From contig DASRKZ010000100.1 in NCBI GenBank assembly GCA_035648675.1, forward strand, positions 1-42,494: a stretch of DNA of 42,494 nucleotides, in the 5' to 3' direction. The notes under the pieces were generated by a model, which was not told the origin of the DNA, did not search any database, and was given only the letters and a program-made list of their open reading frames with translations. This stretch comes from Solirubrobacteraceae bacterium (GTDB lineage Bacteria > Actinomycetota > Thermoleophilia > Solirubrobacterales > Solirubrobacteraceae). Within the stretch, counting starts at the first letter, position 1. Every line of letters starts with the position of its first letter. This document shows positions 1 to 9,550 of this stretch, piece by piece. Both the position numbers and the translations under genes were made by a program.

Positions 1-588
1 GTGGACAGGACGGGAGCCGTCGTGGACGGCGATGAGTTGATGGCGCTCGCCGCGCTGCACCTGCGCGAGGGGGAGCGGTTGAACGGCGGGGGCGTGGTGG
101 TGACGGTGATGACCAACTACGGCTTCCATTCCGCGATGGAGCGGGCGGGCGTGGCGGTGGCGATCACGCAGGTCGGGGACCGGTATGTGCTGGAGGAGCT
201 GCGCGCGCGCGGCTGGGTACTGGGCGGGGAGCAGTCGGGGCACATCATCGACATGAGCTTCAATCGCACCGGCGACGGGATCGCCGGTGCGCTGCTCACC
301 TTGGAGGCGTTGGCAGGTCGTGACCTGAGCGAGCGCGACGCGATGGAAAAGCTGCCCCAGCGGCTTGTGAACGTGCGCGTGCGCGAGCGCGGCGCGCTCG
401 AGGCGGCGAGTGACGTGAACGAGGCCGTGAGCGCCGCGGGAGCGGCACTGGAGGGGCGCGGACGTGTGCTGGTACGCACGAGCGGCACCGAGCCGCTCGT
501 GAGGGTGATGGTCGAGGCGCCGACCGACGAAGAGGCAGATGAGGTCTGTGAGCGTCTGGCCGCGCTCGTCGAGCGCCGGCTCGGCTGA
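1..588 (+). CDS. glmM: Phosphoglucosamine mutase, C-terminal part (5' end outside window)
   Basis: VGDRYV, GGEQSGH, TGDG and RxSGTEPLVRVMVE motifs; lies directly upstream of glmS. Confidence 0.95.
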   Translation: MDRTGAVVDGDELMALAALHLREGERLNGGGVVVTVMTNYGFHSAMERAGVAVAITQVGDRYVLEELRARGWVLGGEQSGHIIDMSFNRTGDGIAGALLTLEALAGRDLSERDAMEKLPQRLVNVRVRERGALEAASDVNEAVSAAGAALEGRGRVLVRTSGTEPLVRVMVEAPTDEEADEVCERLAALVERRLG

Positions 589-611
589 ATCACGCTGATA
601 TCTTCGGTGCG

Positions 612-2501
612 GTGTGCGGCATCGTTGGCTACGTCGGCAAGCGGGTGGGGGGCCCCCCAGTCCGTGAGCTGCTGCTCGCCGGATTGAAGAAGCTCGAGTA
701 CAGGGGGTATGACTCCGCGGGGATCTCGGTGATCGGCGAGGATCGGATCGAGACGGTGCGGGCCGTGGGCAACCTCGACGCGTTGCAGGCCAAGCTCGAC
801 GGCATGGCCCCGGCCGAGGAGGAGGAGGCGGCGGCGGCCGTAGCGGTCGCGGTACGTCCGCCCACGACCGGCATCGGCCACACCCGCTGGGCCACGCACG
901 GGCGGGTGACCGAGGAGAACGCTCACCCCCACTATGACTCCGCCGACCGCTTCCACGTGGTGGTGAACGGGATCGTCGAGAACTACATGACGCTCAAGGA
1001 GCGGCTGCTCGCCGGGGGCAGCGTCTTCACCTCCGAGACCGACGCCGAGGTGATCGCGCATCTGATCGCCGAGCACTACGACGGTGATCTGGCCGACGCG
1101 GTGCGGGGGGCCTATGCGGAGCTGGAGGGCCACTACGCGTTCGTCGCGATGTGCCTGGAGGAGCCCGAGACGCTGGTGGGCGCGCGGCGGGAGTGCCCGC
1201 TGATCGTCGGCCGTGGCGAGGGCGAGCAGTTCGTGGCCTCCGCCGTGCCGGCCTTCCTGGCGCAGACGCGCAAAGTGCAGTACGTGGACAACGGCGAGAT
1301 CGTCGTGCTGAGGCCCGACGGTGTGACGATCACGACGCCGACCGGTGAGCCGGTGGAGCGCGCGGTGGAGACGGTCGACTGGGACGAGGACACCGCCGAG
1401 AAGGGCGGGTATGAGACGTTCATGCTGAAGGAGATCCACGAACAGGCGGACGCCGTCGCCGAGACGATCGCCGACCGTACCGCGCGGGGGAGCGGCGTCG
1501 ATCTCGAGGAGCAGGGCGTCCTGGACGAGGCGATCCTGGCGGACGTGAGGAGGATCGTGGTGGTTGCCTGCGGCACCTCCTACCACGCGGGTTTGATCGG
1601 GCGCTACGCGATCGAGGAGTGGGCGCGCGTGCCGGTGGAGGTGGACGTGGCTTCGGAGTATCGCTATCGCAACCCCGTCGTCGGCCCGGGAGATCTCGTG
1701 ATCGGGATATCCCAGTCGGGCGAGACGGCCGACACGCTCGCGGCGATGCGCAAGGCGAAGGAACAGGGCGCGGCGGTGCTGGCGATCACGAACGTGATGG
1801 GCTCGCAGGTGACGCGTGACGCCGACGGCGTGCTGTTCACCCGCGCGGGGCTCGAGATCGGGGTGGCCGCGACGAAGACGTTCCTCTGCCAGGTCGCGGT
1901 CGTCTACCTGCTCGCGCTGCGCCTGGCCGAGCTGCGAGGCACGCTCGAGCCGGCGAGGATCGAGGAGCTCGTGGGCGAGGTCAAGCGCTTGCCGCACAGT
2001 ATCGAGCAGGTCCTGGCAGGCATGGATGAGCAGGTGATGCGCGTCGCCGATGCGTATTGGCAGAGCGAGTTCTTCCTGTATATCGGTCGCCACGTCGGCC
2101 TGCCGGTCGCGCTGGAGGGGGCGCTGAAGCTGAAGGAGATCTCCTACATCGCCACCGACGCCTACCCCGCGGGAGAGATGAAGCACGGCCCGATCGCGCT
2201 GCTCGACGAGTCCACGCCCGTGGTCTGCGTGGCGACCGATTCGCCTGTGCTCGAGAAGATGGCGTCGAACATGCAGGAGGTGCGCGCCCGCGGCGCGCAT
2301 GTCGTCGCTGTCACGACGGCCGGCAACGAGCAGATCTCCAGGCATGCGGACTCCGTGATCAGCGTGCCGGCGGTGGACTGGATGTTGCAGCCGATCCTCG
2401 CGGTGATCCCGCTGCAGCTGCTCGCCTACGAGATCGCGCGCAAGCGCGGCCTGAACGTCGACCAGCCGCGCAATCTGGCGAAGACCGTCACGGTGGAGTA
2501 G
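612..2501 (+). CDS. glmS: Glutamine-fructose-6-phosphate transaminase (isomerizing)
   Basis: N-terminal MCGIVG, LEYRGYDSAG, GHTRWATHG, SQSGETADT, C-terminal PRNLAKTVTVE. Confidence 0.98.
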   Translation: MCGIVGYVGKRVGGPPVRELLLAGLKKLEYRGYDSAGISVIGEDRIETVRAVGNLDALQAKLDGMAPAEEEEAAAAVAVAVRPPTTGIGHTRWATHGRVTEENAHPHYDSADRFHVVVNGIVENYMTLKERLLAGGSVFTSETDAEVIAHLIAEHYDGDLADAVRGAYAELEGHYAFVAMCLEEPETLVGARRECPLIVGRGEGEQFVASAVPAFLAQTRKVQYVDNGEIVVLRPDGVTITTPTGEPVERAVETVDWDEDTAEKGGYETFMLKEIHEQADAVAETIADRTARGSGVDLEEQGVLDEAILADVRRIVVVACGTSYHAGLIGRYAIEEWARVPVEVDVASEYRYRNPVVGPGDLVIGISQSGETADTLAAMRKAKEQGAAVLAITNVMGSQVTRDADGVLFTRAGLEIGVAATKTFLCQVAVVYLLALRLAELRGTLEPARIEELVGEVKRLPHSIEQVLAGMDEQVMRVADAYWQSEFFLYIGRHVGLPVALEGALKLKEISYIATDAYPAGEMKHGPIALLDESTPVVCVATDSPVLEKMASNMQEVRARGAHVVAVTTAGNEQISRHADSVISVPAVDWMLQPILAVIPLQLLAYEIARKRGLNVDQPRNLAKTVTVE

Positions 2502-2652
2502 CCAGCGGCCCGCTGGCGCGGCACCAGGCGGCGTCCTCACCCTTCGGGTACGGGCGGTCGCTCGCGTGACCGATCGTCCGGGATCGGCCAGCACGCCACG
2601 CGGGGTGGGTGGGCCTTTTCGATCTGGCCTGGCTTGGCCATCGGGCCGCTGG
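2502..2652. repeat. REP/MITE-like intergenic element, copy 1
   Basis: 11-bp terminal inverted repeat CCAGCGGCCCG (2502-2512) / CGGGCCGCTGG (2642-2652); internal hairpins; shares CGGTCGCTCGCGTG and CAGCACGCCACGC with the reverse strand of 34377-34405. Confidence 0.6.
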
Positions 2653-2695
2653 GGTTACGACCGAGGCGCGCAGGGACCATCTAGCATCGCTGATC

Positions 2696-4264
2696 GTGGA
2701 CTACCCCCGGGACTGGCTGACTCCGCTGCTCGACGCCGAGACGATGCGCGCCCTCGACCGCTGGGCGATCGAGGAGCGGGGGGTGGTCTCGCTCGACTTG
2801 ATGGAGCGCGCCGGGGCCGGGGTGGCGCGGGCGGTCGAGCGGATCGCCCCGGATGGCCCGGTGACGGTGGTGTGCGGGAAGGGGAACAACGGCGGGGATG
2901 GACTGGTGGTCGCCCGCCTGCTGCGCGAGACGGGCAGAGAGGTGACGGTCCTATGCGCGGCGCCCGCGGCGCACTTCGCCGGGGATGCACACGCGAACCT
3001 GGAGCGTCTGGGCGGCGAGGCTCCGCTCGAGCTCGCCGGGGATCGGGGGAGAGCGGTGCAGGCCATCGCGCGGGCGGCGGTGGTGGTCGATGCGCTGCTT
3101 GGCACCGGCTTTCAGGGCGAGGCCCGTGGCGCCGTCGGAGAGGCGATCGAGGCCGTGAACGCCGCGAAGGCGCCGGTCGTGAGCGTGGATGTGCCCAGCG
3201 GGGTGGATGCCTCTACGGGCGTCGCCTCGGGGGCGGCTGTGCGCGCGCGGGCCACCGTGACCTTCCACGCGGGGAAGCCCGGCCTGTGGATCCACCCGGG
3301 CAAGGCCCATGCCGGGAGGGTGGAGAGAGTCGACATCGGGATCCCGCGCGGGGCGCCGGGCGAGCTCGGGACGCTCGCCGCGCCGATCGGCCTGATCGAG
3401 CCGTCGGTGCTCGACGTGCTGCCGCGGAGGGGGGCGTCCTCGACAAAGTTCTCGAGCGGTCACGTGCTCGTCGCGGGTGGCTCGCGCGGGCTGACGGGCG
3501 CACCGCGGATGGCCGCGCAGGCGGCGATGCGCGCGGGGGCCGGCTATGTGACGGCGTGCGTGCCCGCCTCCTTGCAGGCGATCCTTGCCACCGCGGGGCC
3601 GCCCGAGCTGATGACGCGGGGGTTGCCCGACGACGACGACGGCGGCTTGACGGCTGCGGGTGTGGCGAGCGTGCTCGAGGCGAGCGAGCGTGGCGGAGCG
3701 CTGGCGCTGGGACCGGGGCTGGGCCGCGGTGAGGGCGCGGCCGAGTTCGCGCGCGGGCTTGCGCATCGGGCGGAGACCGCGCTGGTGCTCGACGCCGACG
3801 GACTTAACGCCCACGCGGGACGGCTGGGCGAGCTGGCGGGGCGAGCGGCTCCCACCGTGCTGACCCCGCACGCGGGCGAGCTCGGTCGGCTGCTGGAGGT
3901 GGGCAGCGAGGAGATCGAGCGCGAGCGTTTGCGCCACGTGCGGATGGCGGCGGAGATGGCGCAGGCGGTGGTGGTGCTGAAGGGCGACGACACGCTGATC
4001 GCCGAGCCCTCCGGAGGAGTGGCCGTCAGCCCAGGGGGGACTCCCGCGCTGGCGACGGCCGGCACCGGCGATGTGCTGACGGGGGTGATCGCCGCACTGC
4101 TCGCCGCCGCGCTCGAACCGTTCGTCGCCGCGGCCGCGGGCGTGTGGCTGCATGCCGAGGCCGGCCGCGAGGCGGCGCGCAGGCAGGGCGCGAATGAGGG
4201 CGTGGTCGCCTCTGACGTGATCGCGGCGTTGCCGGCCGTGCGGAGGGGAGGTGTGGCTCGATGA
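2696..4264 (+). CDS. nnr: Bifunctional NAD(P)H-hydrate epimerase/dehydratase
   Basis: LMERAG, CGKGNNGGDG, DALLGTG, DVPSG, LTPHAGE and ATAGTGDVL motifs; start placed at GTG 2696 (8 nt after TAGCAT) rather than 2609. Confidence 0.93.
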   Translation: MDYPRDWLTPLLDAETMRALDRWAIEERGVVSLDLMERAGAGVARAVERIAPDGPVTVVCGKGNNGGDGLVVARLLRETGREVTVLCAAPAAHFAGDAHANLERLGGEAPLELAGDRGRAVQAIARAAVVVDALLGTGFQGEARGAVGEAIEAVNAAKAPVVSVDVPSGVDASTGVASGAAVRARATVTFHAGKPGLWIHPGKAHAGRVERVDIGIPRGAPGELGTLAAPIGLIEPSVLDVLPRRGASSTKFSSGHVLVAGGSRGLTGAPRMAAQAAMRAGAGYVTACVPASLQAILATAGPPELMTRGLPDDDDGGLTAAGVASVLEASERGGALALGPGLGRGEGAAEFARGLAHRAETALVLDADGLNAHAGRLGELAGRAAPTVLTPHAGELGRLLEVGSEEIERERLRHVRMAAEMAQAVVVLKGDDTLIAEPSGGVAVSPGGTPALATAGTGDVLTGVIAALLAAALEPFVAAAAGVWLHAEAGREAARRQGANEGVVASDVIAALPAVRRGGVAR

Positions 4265-5388
4265 CCGAGCGCCGCGCGCTGGCGCGTGTGAATCTGGCAG
4301 CGATCGAGCGCAACTGCGCGCGATTGCGGGGCGAGCTGAGGGGCGGCGCGGAGCTGTGCGTGGTGGTGAAGGCCGACGGGTATGGCCACGGCGCGGTGCA
4401 GAGCGCGCGCGCGGCGCTTGCCGGCGGCGCCGGCTGGCTGGCGGTCGCGGGGTCGAGCGAGGCGCGGGAGCTGCGTGAGGCGGGGTTGCGCGAGGCCCGG
4501 GTGCTGGTGATGGGGGCGTTGAGCGCGGTGGAGCTGGAGGAGGCGCTCGCGGCGGATGCGGATGTGGTCGTGTGGAGCGAGCGCCAGGTGGATGCGGTCC
4601 TCGCCGCCGGCGGTGGGCGGGTGCATGTGAAGCTGGACTCCGGCATGGGACGGCTCGGCACGCGCGACCCGGTGGAGGCCTCGCGCGCGGTGGCCGCTGC
4701 ACGGGAGTCCGGGGGGGTCGAGCTGGTGGGGGTGATGACGCACTTCGCCACCGCCGACGACCGCGACGACGACGGCTTCTTCGCGGCGCAGCTCCGGGCG
4801 TTCGCGGAGTGGGCGCGGACGGTGAAGGCCGAACAGCCGGAGCTCGTCGTGCACGCCGCCAACAGCGCCGCGACGCTGCGCGAGGAGGGGGCGCAGTTCG
4901 ACATGGTGCGCTGCGGGATCGCCGTCTACGGGATGGACCCGTTCGGCGCTGACCCGCTGGCCGTAGGGCTCGAGCCCGCGCTCGAGTTGAGCTCCTATCT
5001 GGCCGAGGTGAAGGCGTTTGGCGCGCGGGAGAGCGCCGGGTACGGGCGGCGCTTCGTGGCTGAGCGCGATACCTGGCTCGGCGTGCTCCCGATCGGCTAC
5101 GGAGACGGCTGGAGGCGCGGGTGCTCGAACAACGGCGACGTGCTGATCGCCGGACGTCGCCGGCCGGTTGTGGGCACGGTGAGCATGGACAATCTCACCG
5201 TCGACCTCGGCCTCGAGCCGGCCGGTGAGCTGTCTGGGGAGGAGGCGATCCTGATCGGCGCGCGGGGCGCGGAGCGGATCACCGCCGAGGAGGTGGCGAG
5301 GCGTCTGGGGACGATCAACTACGAGGTGACCTGTGCGCTGACGCCACGCGTGCCACGGTCCTACCACCGCGACGGCGAGCCGGAATGA
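4261..5388 (+). CDS. alr: Alanine racemase
   Basis: PLP-lysine motif VVKADGYGHG, KLDSGMGRLG, GYGDG, VSMD, TINYE. Confidence 0.96.
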   Translation: MTERRALARVNLAAIERNCARLRGELRGGAELCVVVKADGYGHGAVQSARAALAGGAGWLAVAGSSEARELREAGLREARVLVMGALSAVELEEALAADADVVVWSERQVDAVLAAGGGRVHVKLDSGMGRLGTRDPVEASRAVAAARESGGVELVGVMTHFATADDRDDDGFFAAQLRAFAEWARTVKAEQPELVVHAANSAATLREEGAQFDMVRCGIAVYGMDPFGADPLAVGLEPALELSSYLAEVKAFGARESAGYGRRFVAERDTWLGVLPIGYGDGWRRGCSNNGDVLIAGRRRPVVGTVSMDNLTVDLGLEPAGELSGEEAILIGARGAERITAEEVARRLGTINYEVTCALTPRVPRSYHRDGEPE

Positions 5389-6791
5389 GCGATGGGCTCG
5401 AGGCGGCCCGCGCGGCGCTCGCGGGCCGATCCGCCTGGCTGGTGGGGGGCGCCGTGCGCGACCGCGTGCTGGGGCGCTCCTCGGGCGATTTCGATCTCGT
5501 CGTGGACGGCGACCCCGAGCAGGCGGCACGGGCGATCGCCGGCGCCGGGGGGCCGGCGGCGTGCTTCGCGCTGTCCGAGGACTTCGGCGCGTGGCGGGTG
5601 GTGGCGCGCGATGGAGCGTGGCAGGCGGACGTGGAGCGGCTGCGCGGCGATTCGTTGCGCGCGGATCTCCTGCTGCGCGACTTCACCGTCAACGCGATCG
5701 CCGAGCCGATCGAGGGAGGCGCGCCGATCGACCCGCTGGGCGGCCTCGCGGACCTGACGGCGCGCCGGCTGCGGATGGCCGGGCCGGGTGCCTTCGCCGA
5801 AGATCCCTTGCGGGTGCTGCGGTTGGTGAGGATGGCGGTCGAGCTGGAGCTGGAGCCCGAGCCACAGACCAGCAACGCGGCGAGGACACACGCGAGTGCC
5901 CTGAGGGACGTGTCGGGGGAGCGCGTGTTCATGGAGCTGCGCCGGATCCTCGCCGGCGAGCGCGCACGGAAGGGGATCGAGCTGATGGGCGAGCTGGGAG
6001 CGACGGCGGTCGTGCTGCCCGAGCTGGAGGCGCTGCGCGGGGTGCGGCAGAATCGCTTTCATCACCTCGACGTGTACGGCCATACGCTCGAGGTGCTCGA
6101 TCGTACGATCGCGCTGCAGGCGGACCCCACGGCGACCCTGGGCGAGGAGCACTCCGTGGAGATCGCCGAGCTGCTGGAGGAGCCGCTGGCCGACGAGATG
6201 ACCCGCGGAGAGGCGTTGCGCTGGGGGGCGCTGTTGCATGACGCCGCGAAGCCCCTCACGAAAGGAGTGCGCCCCGGGGACGGTCGCGTGACCTTCATCG
6301 GCCACGACGCCCGGGGCGCCGAGCTGGCAAGGACGGTGCTCGGGAGGCTGCGAGCGAGCGAGCGGCTGCGCGCCCACGTCGCCGCCCTCGTGCGCAATCA
6401 CCTGCGCCTCGGCTTCCTCGTCCACGAGCCCCAGCCGCTGGCGCGGCGTACCGCATACACCTACCTGCGGGCCTGCGAGCCGGTGGAGGTCGACGTCACG
6501 CTCCTGTCGGTGGCCGACCGGCTGGCCACACGCGGGGACAGGGCCCAGGAGGCGATTGACGCGCACATGCGGGTGGCGCAGGGGATGCTGAAGGATGCCC
6601 TGCGCTGGCGGGCCGAGGGGCCGCCCCGGCCGCTGTGGCGGGGCGATGAGCTGATCCGTGAGCTCGGCATACCGGTGGGCCCACAGGTGGGGGAGCTGCT
6701 GGAGGAGCTCGCCGCGGGGCAGTACGCCGGCGAGCTCCAAACGCGCGAGCAGGCGCTTGCGTACGCGCGCGCACGACTGGCATCCGGCTAG
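5385..6791 (+). CDS. Class II tRNA nucleotidyltransferase with HD domain (probably CC-adding type)
   Basis: GGAVRD..DFD, xRDFTVNA, EDPLRVLR and HD domain (H...LLHDAAKP); the usual flexible loop before motif B is missing. Confidence 0.85.
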   Translation: MSDGLEAARAALAGRSAWLVGGAVRDRVLGRSSGDFDLVVDGDPEQAARAIAGAGGPAACFALSEDFGAWRVVARDGAWQADVERLRGDSLRADLLLRDFTVNAIAEPIEGGAPIDPLGGLADLTARRLRMAGPGAFAEDPLRVLRLVRMAVELELEPEPQTSNAARTHASALRDVSGERVFMELRRILAGERARKGIELMGELGATAVVLPELEALRGVRQNRFHHLDVYGHTLEVLDRTIALQADPTATLGEEHSVEIAELLEEPLADEMTRGEALRWGALLHDAAKPLTKGVRPGDGRVTFIGHDARGAELARTVLGRLRASERLRAHVAALVRNHLRLGFLVHEPQPLARRTAYTYLRACEPVEVDVTLLSVADRLATRGDRAQEAIDAHMRVAQGMLKDALRWRAEGPPRPLWRGDELIRELGIPVGPQVGELLEELAAGQYAGELQTREQALAYARARLASG

Positions 6792-6803
6792 GCTTCGACG
6801 CGG

Positions 6804-7217
6804 ATGGCTGACTCGGACTGCATCTTCTGCAAGATCCTCGCGGGCGAGGTGCCGGCGACGATCGTCGACGAAGACGAGCGCACCGTGGCCTTCATGGACA
6901 TCAACCCCGCCACGCGCGGCCACGTGCTCGTGATCCCACGCGCGCACTCCGAGGATCTGTTGAGCATCGAGGAGGAGGACCTGCGCGCCGTGGCGGTTGC
7001 CTCGCAGCGTCAGGCGGTCCGCGCGAAGCAGCGGCTGCGGGCCGACGGGGTCAACCTGGTCAACTCCTGCGGCACGCTCGCCTGGCAGACGGTCTTCCAT
7101 TTCCACATGCATGTGATCCCGCGGTATACGGGCGATCCGCTGCGGCTGCCATGGGTTCCCGCGCCCGGAGATCCGGGGGAGATCGCGGCTGCGGCGCAGG
7201 AACTCACGGGGAAATAG
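6804..7217 (+). CDS. HIT family nucleotide hydrolase
   Basis: DCIFCKI N-terminus and histidine triad HFHMHVIP. Confidence 0.95.
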   Translation: MADSDCIFCKILAGEVPATIVDEDERTVAFMDINPATRGHVLVIPRAHSEDLLSIEEEDLRAVAVASQRQAVRAKQRLRADGVNLVNSCGTLAWQTVFHFHMHVIPRYTGDPLRLPWVPAPGDPGEIAAAAQELTGK

Positions 7218-7262
7218 CGAACAGACCGCTACATCTTCGTCGTCGTCGTGTTGAATGACCAA

Positions 7263-7934
7263 ATGATCCGTGCATCCACAGCGATAGTCCTGACGAGCCT
7301 CGCGCTCATACTCGTGCTGCCCGCGGGGTCGCAGGCGACGCTCACCGAAGTCGGTCAGATCCCGCCGACGACCAATCCGGAAACCGTGCCGAGCTGTCCG
7401 GGCAGCCCCTGCCTGGCCGTGAGCCGCACGACGGGCTTCCAGGTGAAGGTTGGCACCGTGCACAATCCCCAGACGGTGCCGCGCGCCGGCACGATCGTCG
7501 CCTGGTCGATCATGCTCGGCAAGCCGAACGCCACCCAGATCAAGTTCTTCAACGCCAACGAGGGCGGGATCTCCACGGCGGGCATCGCGATTCTGCGGCC
7601 CCAGGCGAAGCCGAACCTCACCTACAAGCTGGTCGCGCAGAGCCCGCTCGTGAAGCTCGAACCCTACTTCGGCAAGACCGCCCAGTTCCCGCTCGAAACC
7701 ACCCTGCAGGTCAAAAAGGGCGACGTGATCGCGCTGACCGTGCCCTCGTGGGCGCCCGCGCTGGCCCTGGGCTTCACCAACACGACCTCCTGGCGCGCCA
7801 GCCGGCCGAAAAGCCAGTGCACGAGCACGAGCGCCCAGACGACGCACACGCTGGTCGGCACCTCGGTGCAGTACTACTGCCTGTACCTCACCGCCCGCCT
7901 GACCTACAGCGCGACTTTGATCTCAACGCCTTAG
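7263..7934 (+). CDS. Secreted hypothetical protein
   Basis: Signal-peptide-like N-terminus (MIRASTAIVLTSLALILVLPAGSQA), four Cys, beta-rich composition; start may be 7248. Confidence 0.7.
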   Translation: MIRASTAIVLTSLALILVLPAGSQATLTEVGQIPPTTNPETVPSCPGSPCLAVSRTTGFQVKVGTVHNPQTVPRAGTIVAWSIMLGKPNATQIKFFNANEGGISTAGIAILRPQAKPNLTYKLVAQSPLVKLEPYFGKTAQFPLETTLQVKKGDVIALTVPSWAPALALGFTNTTSWRASRPKSQCTSTSAQTTHTLVGTSVQYYCLYLTARLTYSATLISTP

Positions 7935-7936
7935 AG

Positions 7937-8401
7937 CTATTTGGCAGTCGGGGCGCTGGCGCCGCCGGAGGGGCTGACGGCGGATTCCCCGCCACCTTTG
8001 CTCGCGGTTTCTCCGCCGGCGCCTTTCGCGGTCCCGCCGGCGGAGGTGCCCCCGGCCGATTCGCCGTTGCTTTCGGAGGCGCCACTTTCGCTGCCGCCGC
8101 TCGACGCGGCTTCTTCGGCCGTACTGGATTCTTCGCCTGAGGAGCCGGCGCCTGACTTGCCGGTGGAGGTCGTGGATGTGGTGGAGGTCGAGGTTGTCTG
8201 CACGGCGGCCTTTTCGGCGCTCGTGTCGGTGGGCGGGGTGATGTCAGGGGTGCTCTTCGGCACCGTGTCGCTCACGCTGCTCCCGCCTCCGCAGGCGCCG
8301 AGGCCCACTCCACACAGCAGCACGAGGCTCGCCGTGAGCGCGGCACGGGCCGGCCGGAGGCTGCTCACGCGCTTCGCGCCTCCGGGGCCGGTCGCCCTCA
8401 A
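7937..8401 (-). CDS. Ser/Thr/Gly/Glu-rich putative lipoprotein
   Basis: Lipobox LGAC followed by a low-complexity tail; start uncertain (TTG 8401 or a later GTG). Confidence 0.7.
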   Translation of the reverse strand: MRATGPGGAKRVSSLRPARAALTASLVLLCGVGLGACGGGSSVSDTVPKSTPDITPPTDTSAEKAAVQTTSTSTTSTTSTGKSGAGSSGEESSTAEEAASSGGSESGASESNGESAGGTSAGGTAKGAGGETASKGGGESAVSPSGGASAPTAK

Positions 8402-8694
8402 CCGGTCGACCTCGACGCGAGCGGCCCCATCCGACGACCGCAGGTGGGGCAGTCGTTGAGATCCTTCTGGGCGAGCTGGTCACACCAGGAGCAGAAGCGC
8501 ATGTTCTCCACCGCCCAGGGCAACCGCGATGCGGAGGGAGCGAGCGGCAGCAGCTTGCCCACCACCTCCAGCGGCTCGCCCGTATAGCGATCGAGGTAGA
8601 TCTCTTGCTGGCCGATCTCCGATCGGTCGGCCTCGATCACTATCTCCCGCCCGCTGGCGGGATTGCGCAGCCGGTAGCGCTGGCTTGTGCTCAC
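8398..8694 (-). CDS. Small protein with C-terminal zinc ribbon (98 aa)
   Basis: CSWC...CPTC motif; GTG start 7 nt after TAGAGT; only the 3' part of ORF 8398-9087 looks coding. Confidence 0.75.
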   Translation of the reverse strand: MSTSQRYRLRNPASGREIVIEADRSEIGQQEIYLDRYTGEPLEVVGKLLPLAPSASRLPWAVENMRFCSWCDQLAQKDLNDCPTCGRRMGPLASRSTG

Positions 8695-8773
8695 GCCGGG
8701 AACTCTAGCGAAGCGCCTGGCGGGGACACCCACCGGTGCCGCCGCCTGCCCTTTGGATAGAGTTTCGCCGCCG

Positions 8774-9529
8774 ATGTCCTCCTCGCCCATCTCCAGAAGC
8801 CTGCGCAGTCTCGGCCTTCTCGCCGGCGCCGGCACCCTGCTGCTGGGTGCGAGCGGTTGCGCGGTCAAGCGTAACGACAACGCCGACCTGATCACGGGCA
8901 AGCAGCAGTTCGTGGCCAAATGCGGCTCCTGCCACACGCTCGCGCGCGCGGAAACGAAAGGCATCGTCGGCCCCAACTTCGACGAAGCCTTCCGCCGGAG
9001 TCTCGCCGAAGGCATCGGGCGGAGCACGATCGAAGGAGTCGTCCACGACCAGGTGCTCGAGCCCAACAAGGAAGGCGTGATGCCCAAAGGGCTGGCCGGC
9101 GGGCAGACGCTGAACGATATCGCCGCCTACGTCGCGCAGGCGGTCGATCGGCCGGGCAAGGACACCGGCCTGCTCGCCACCGCGGTGGAAGCGCCCGGCG
9201 CCGGCAAGCCGGCGGTCGAGAAAGCGGGCAAGCTCGAAATCGCCGCCAACCCCGCGGGCCAGCTCGCCTATACGGCCACCAAGGCGACCGCCACCCCGGG
9301 AGCGACGACGATCACGATGGCGAACATGTCCGGCGTCTCCCACAACATCGCGATCGAATCCGGCGAAGGCGGAGCGACGGCCAAGGGCGCATCGCTCGGC
9401 GCGAGCCAGTTCATCACCAAGGGCAGCACCTCGCTCACGGTCAATCTGAAGCCCGGCGCCTACACCTTCTTCTGCCAGGCCCCCGGCCACCGCGCAGCGG
9501 GCATGTACGGCACGCTGACGGTGAAGTAG
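8774..9529 (+). CDS. Cytochrome c + cupredoxin (type-1 copper) fusion lipoprotein
   Basis: Lipobox-like ASGC, heme motif CGSCH with distal VMP, then HN...YTFFCQAPGHRAAGM copper ligands. Confidence 0.88.
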   Translation: MSSSPISRSLRSLGLLAGAGTLLLGASGCAVKRNDNADLITGKQQFVAKCGSCHTLARAETKGIVGPNFDEAFRRSLAEGIGRSTIEGVVHDQVLEPNKEGVMPKGLAGGQTLNDIAAYVAQAVDRPGKDTGLLATAVEAPGAGKPAVEKAGKLEIAANPAGQLAYTATKATATPGATTITMANMSGVSHNIAIESGEGGATAKGASLGASQFITKGSTSLTVNLKPGAYTFFCQAPGHRAAGMYGTLTVK

Positions 9530-9550
9530 AGGCCCTCCGGCCTCCGGCGG

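Noticed and set aside
589-611. glmS ribozyme
   Set aside because: Only 23 nt separate glmM and glmS
117-2594. Long antisense or alternate-frame ORFs (also 5361-7847, 11262-13247, 15680-17917, 25206-26750, 32624-34324, 39975-41672)
   Set aside because: Shadows of clearly identified genes in high-GC DNA, with no recognisable motifs
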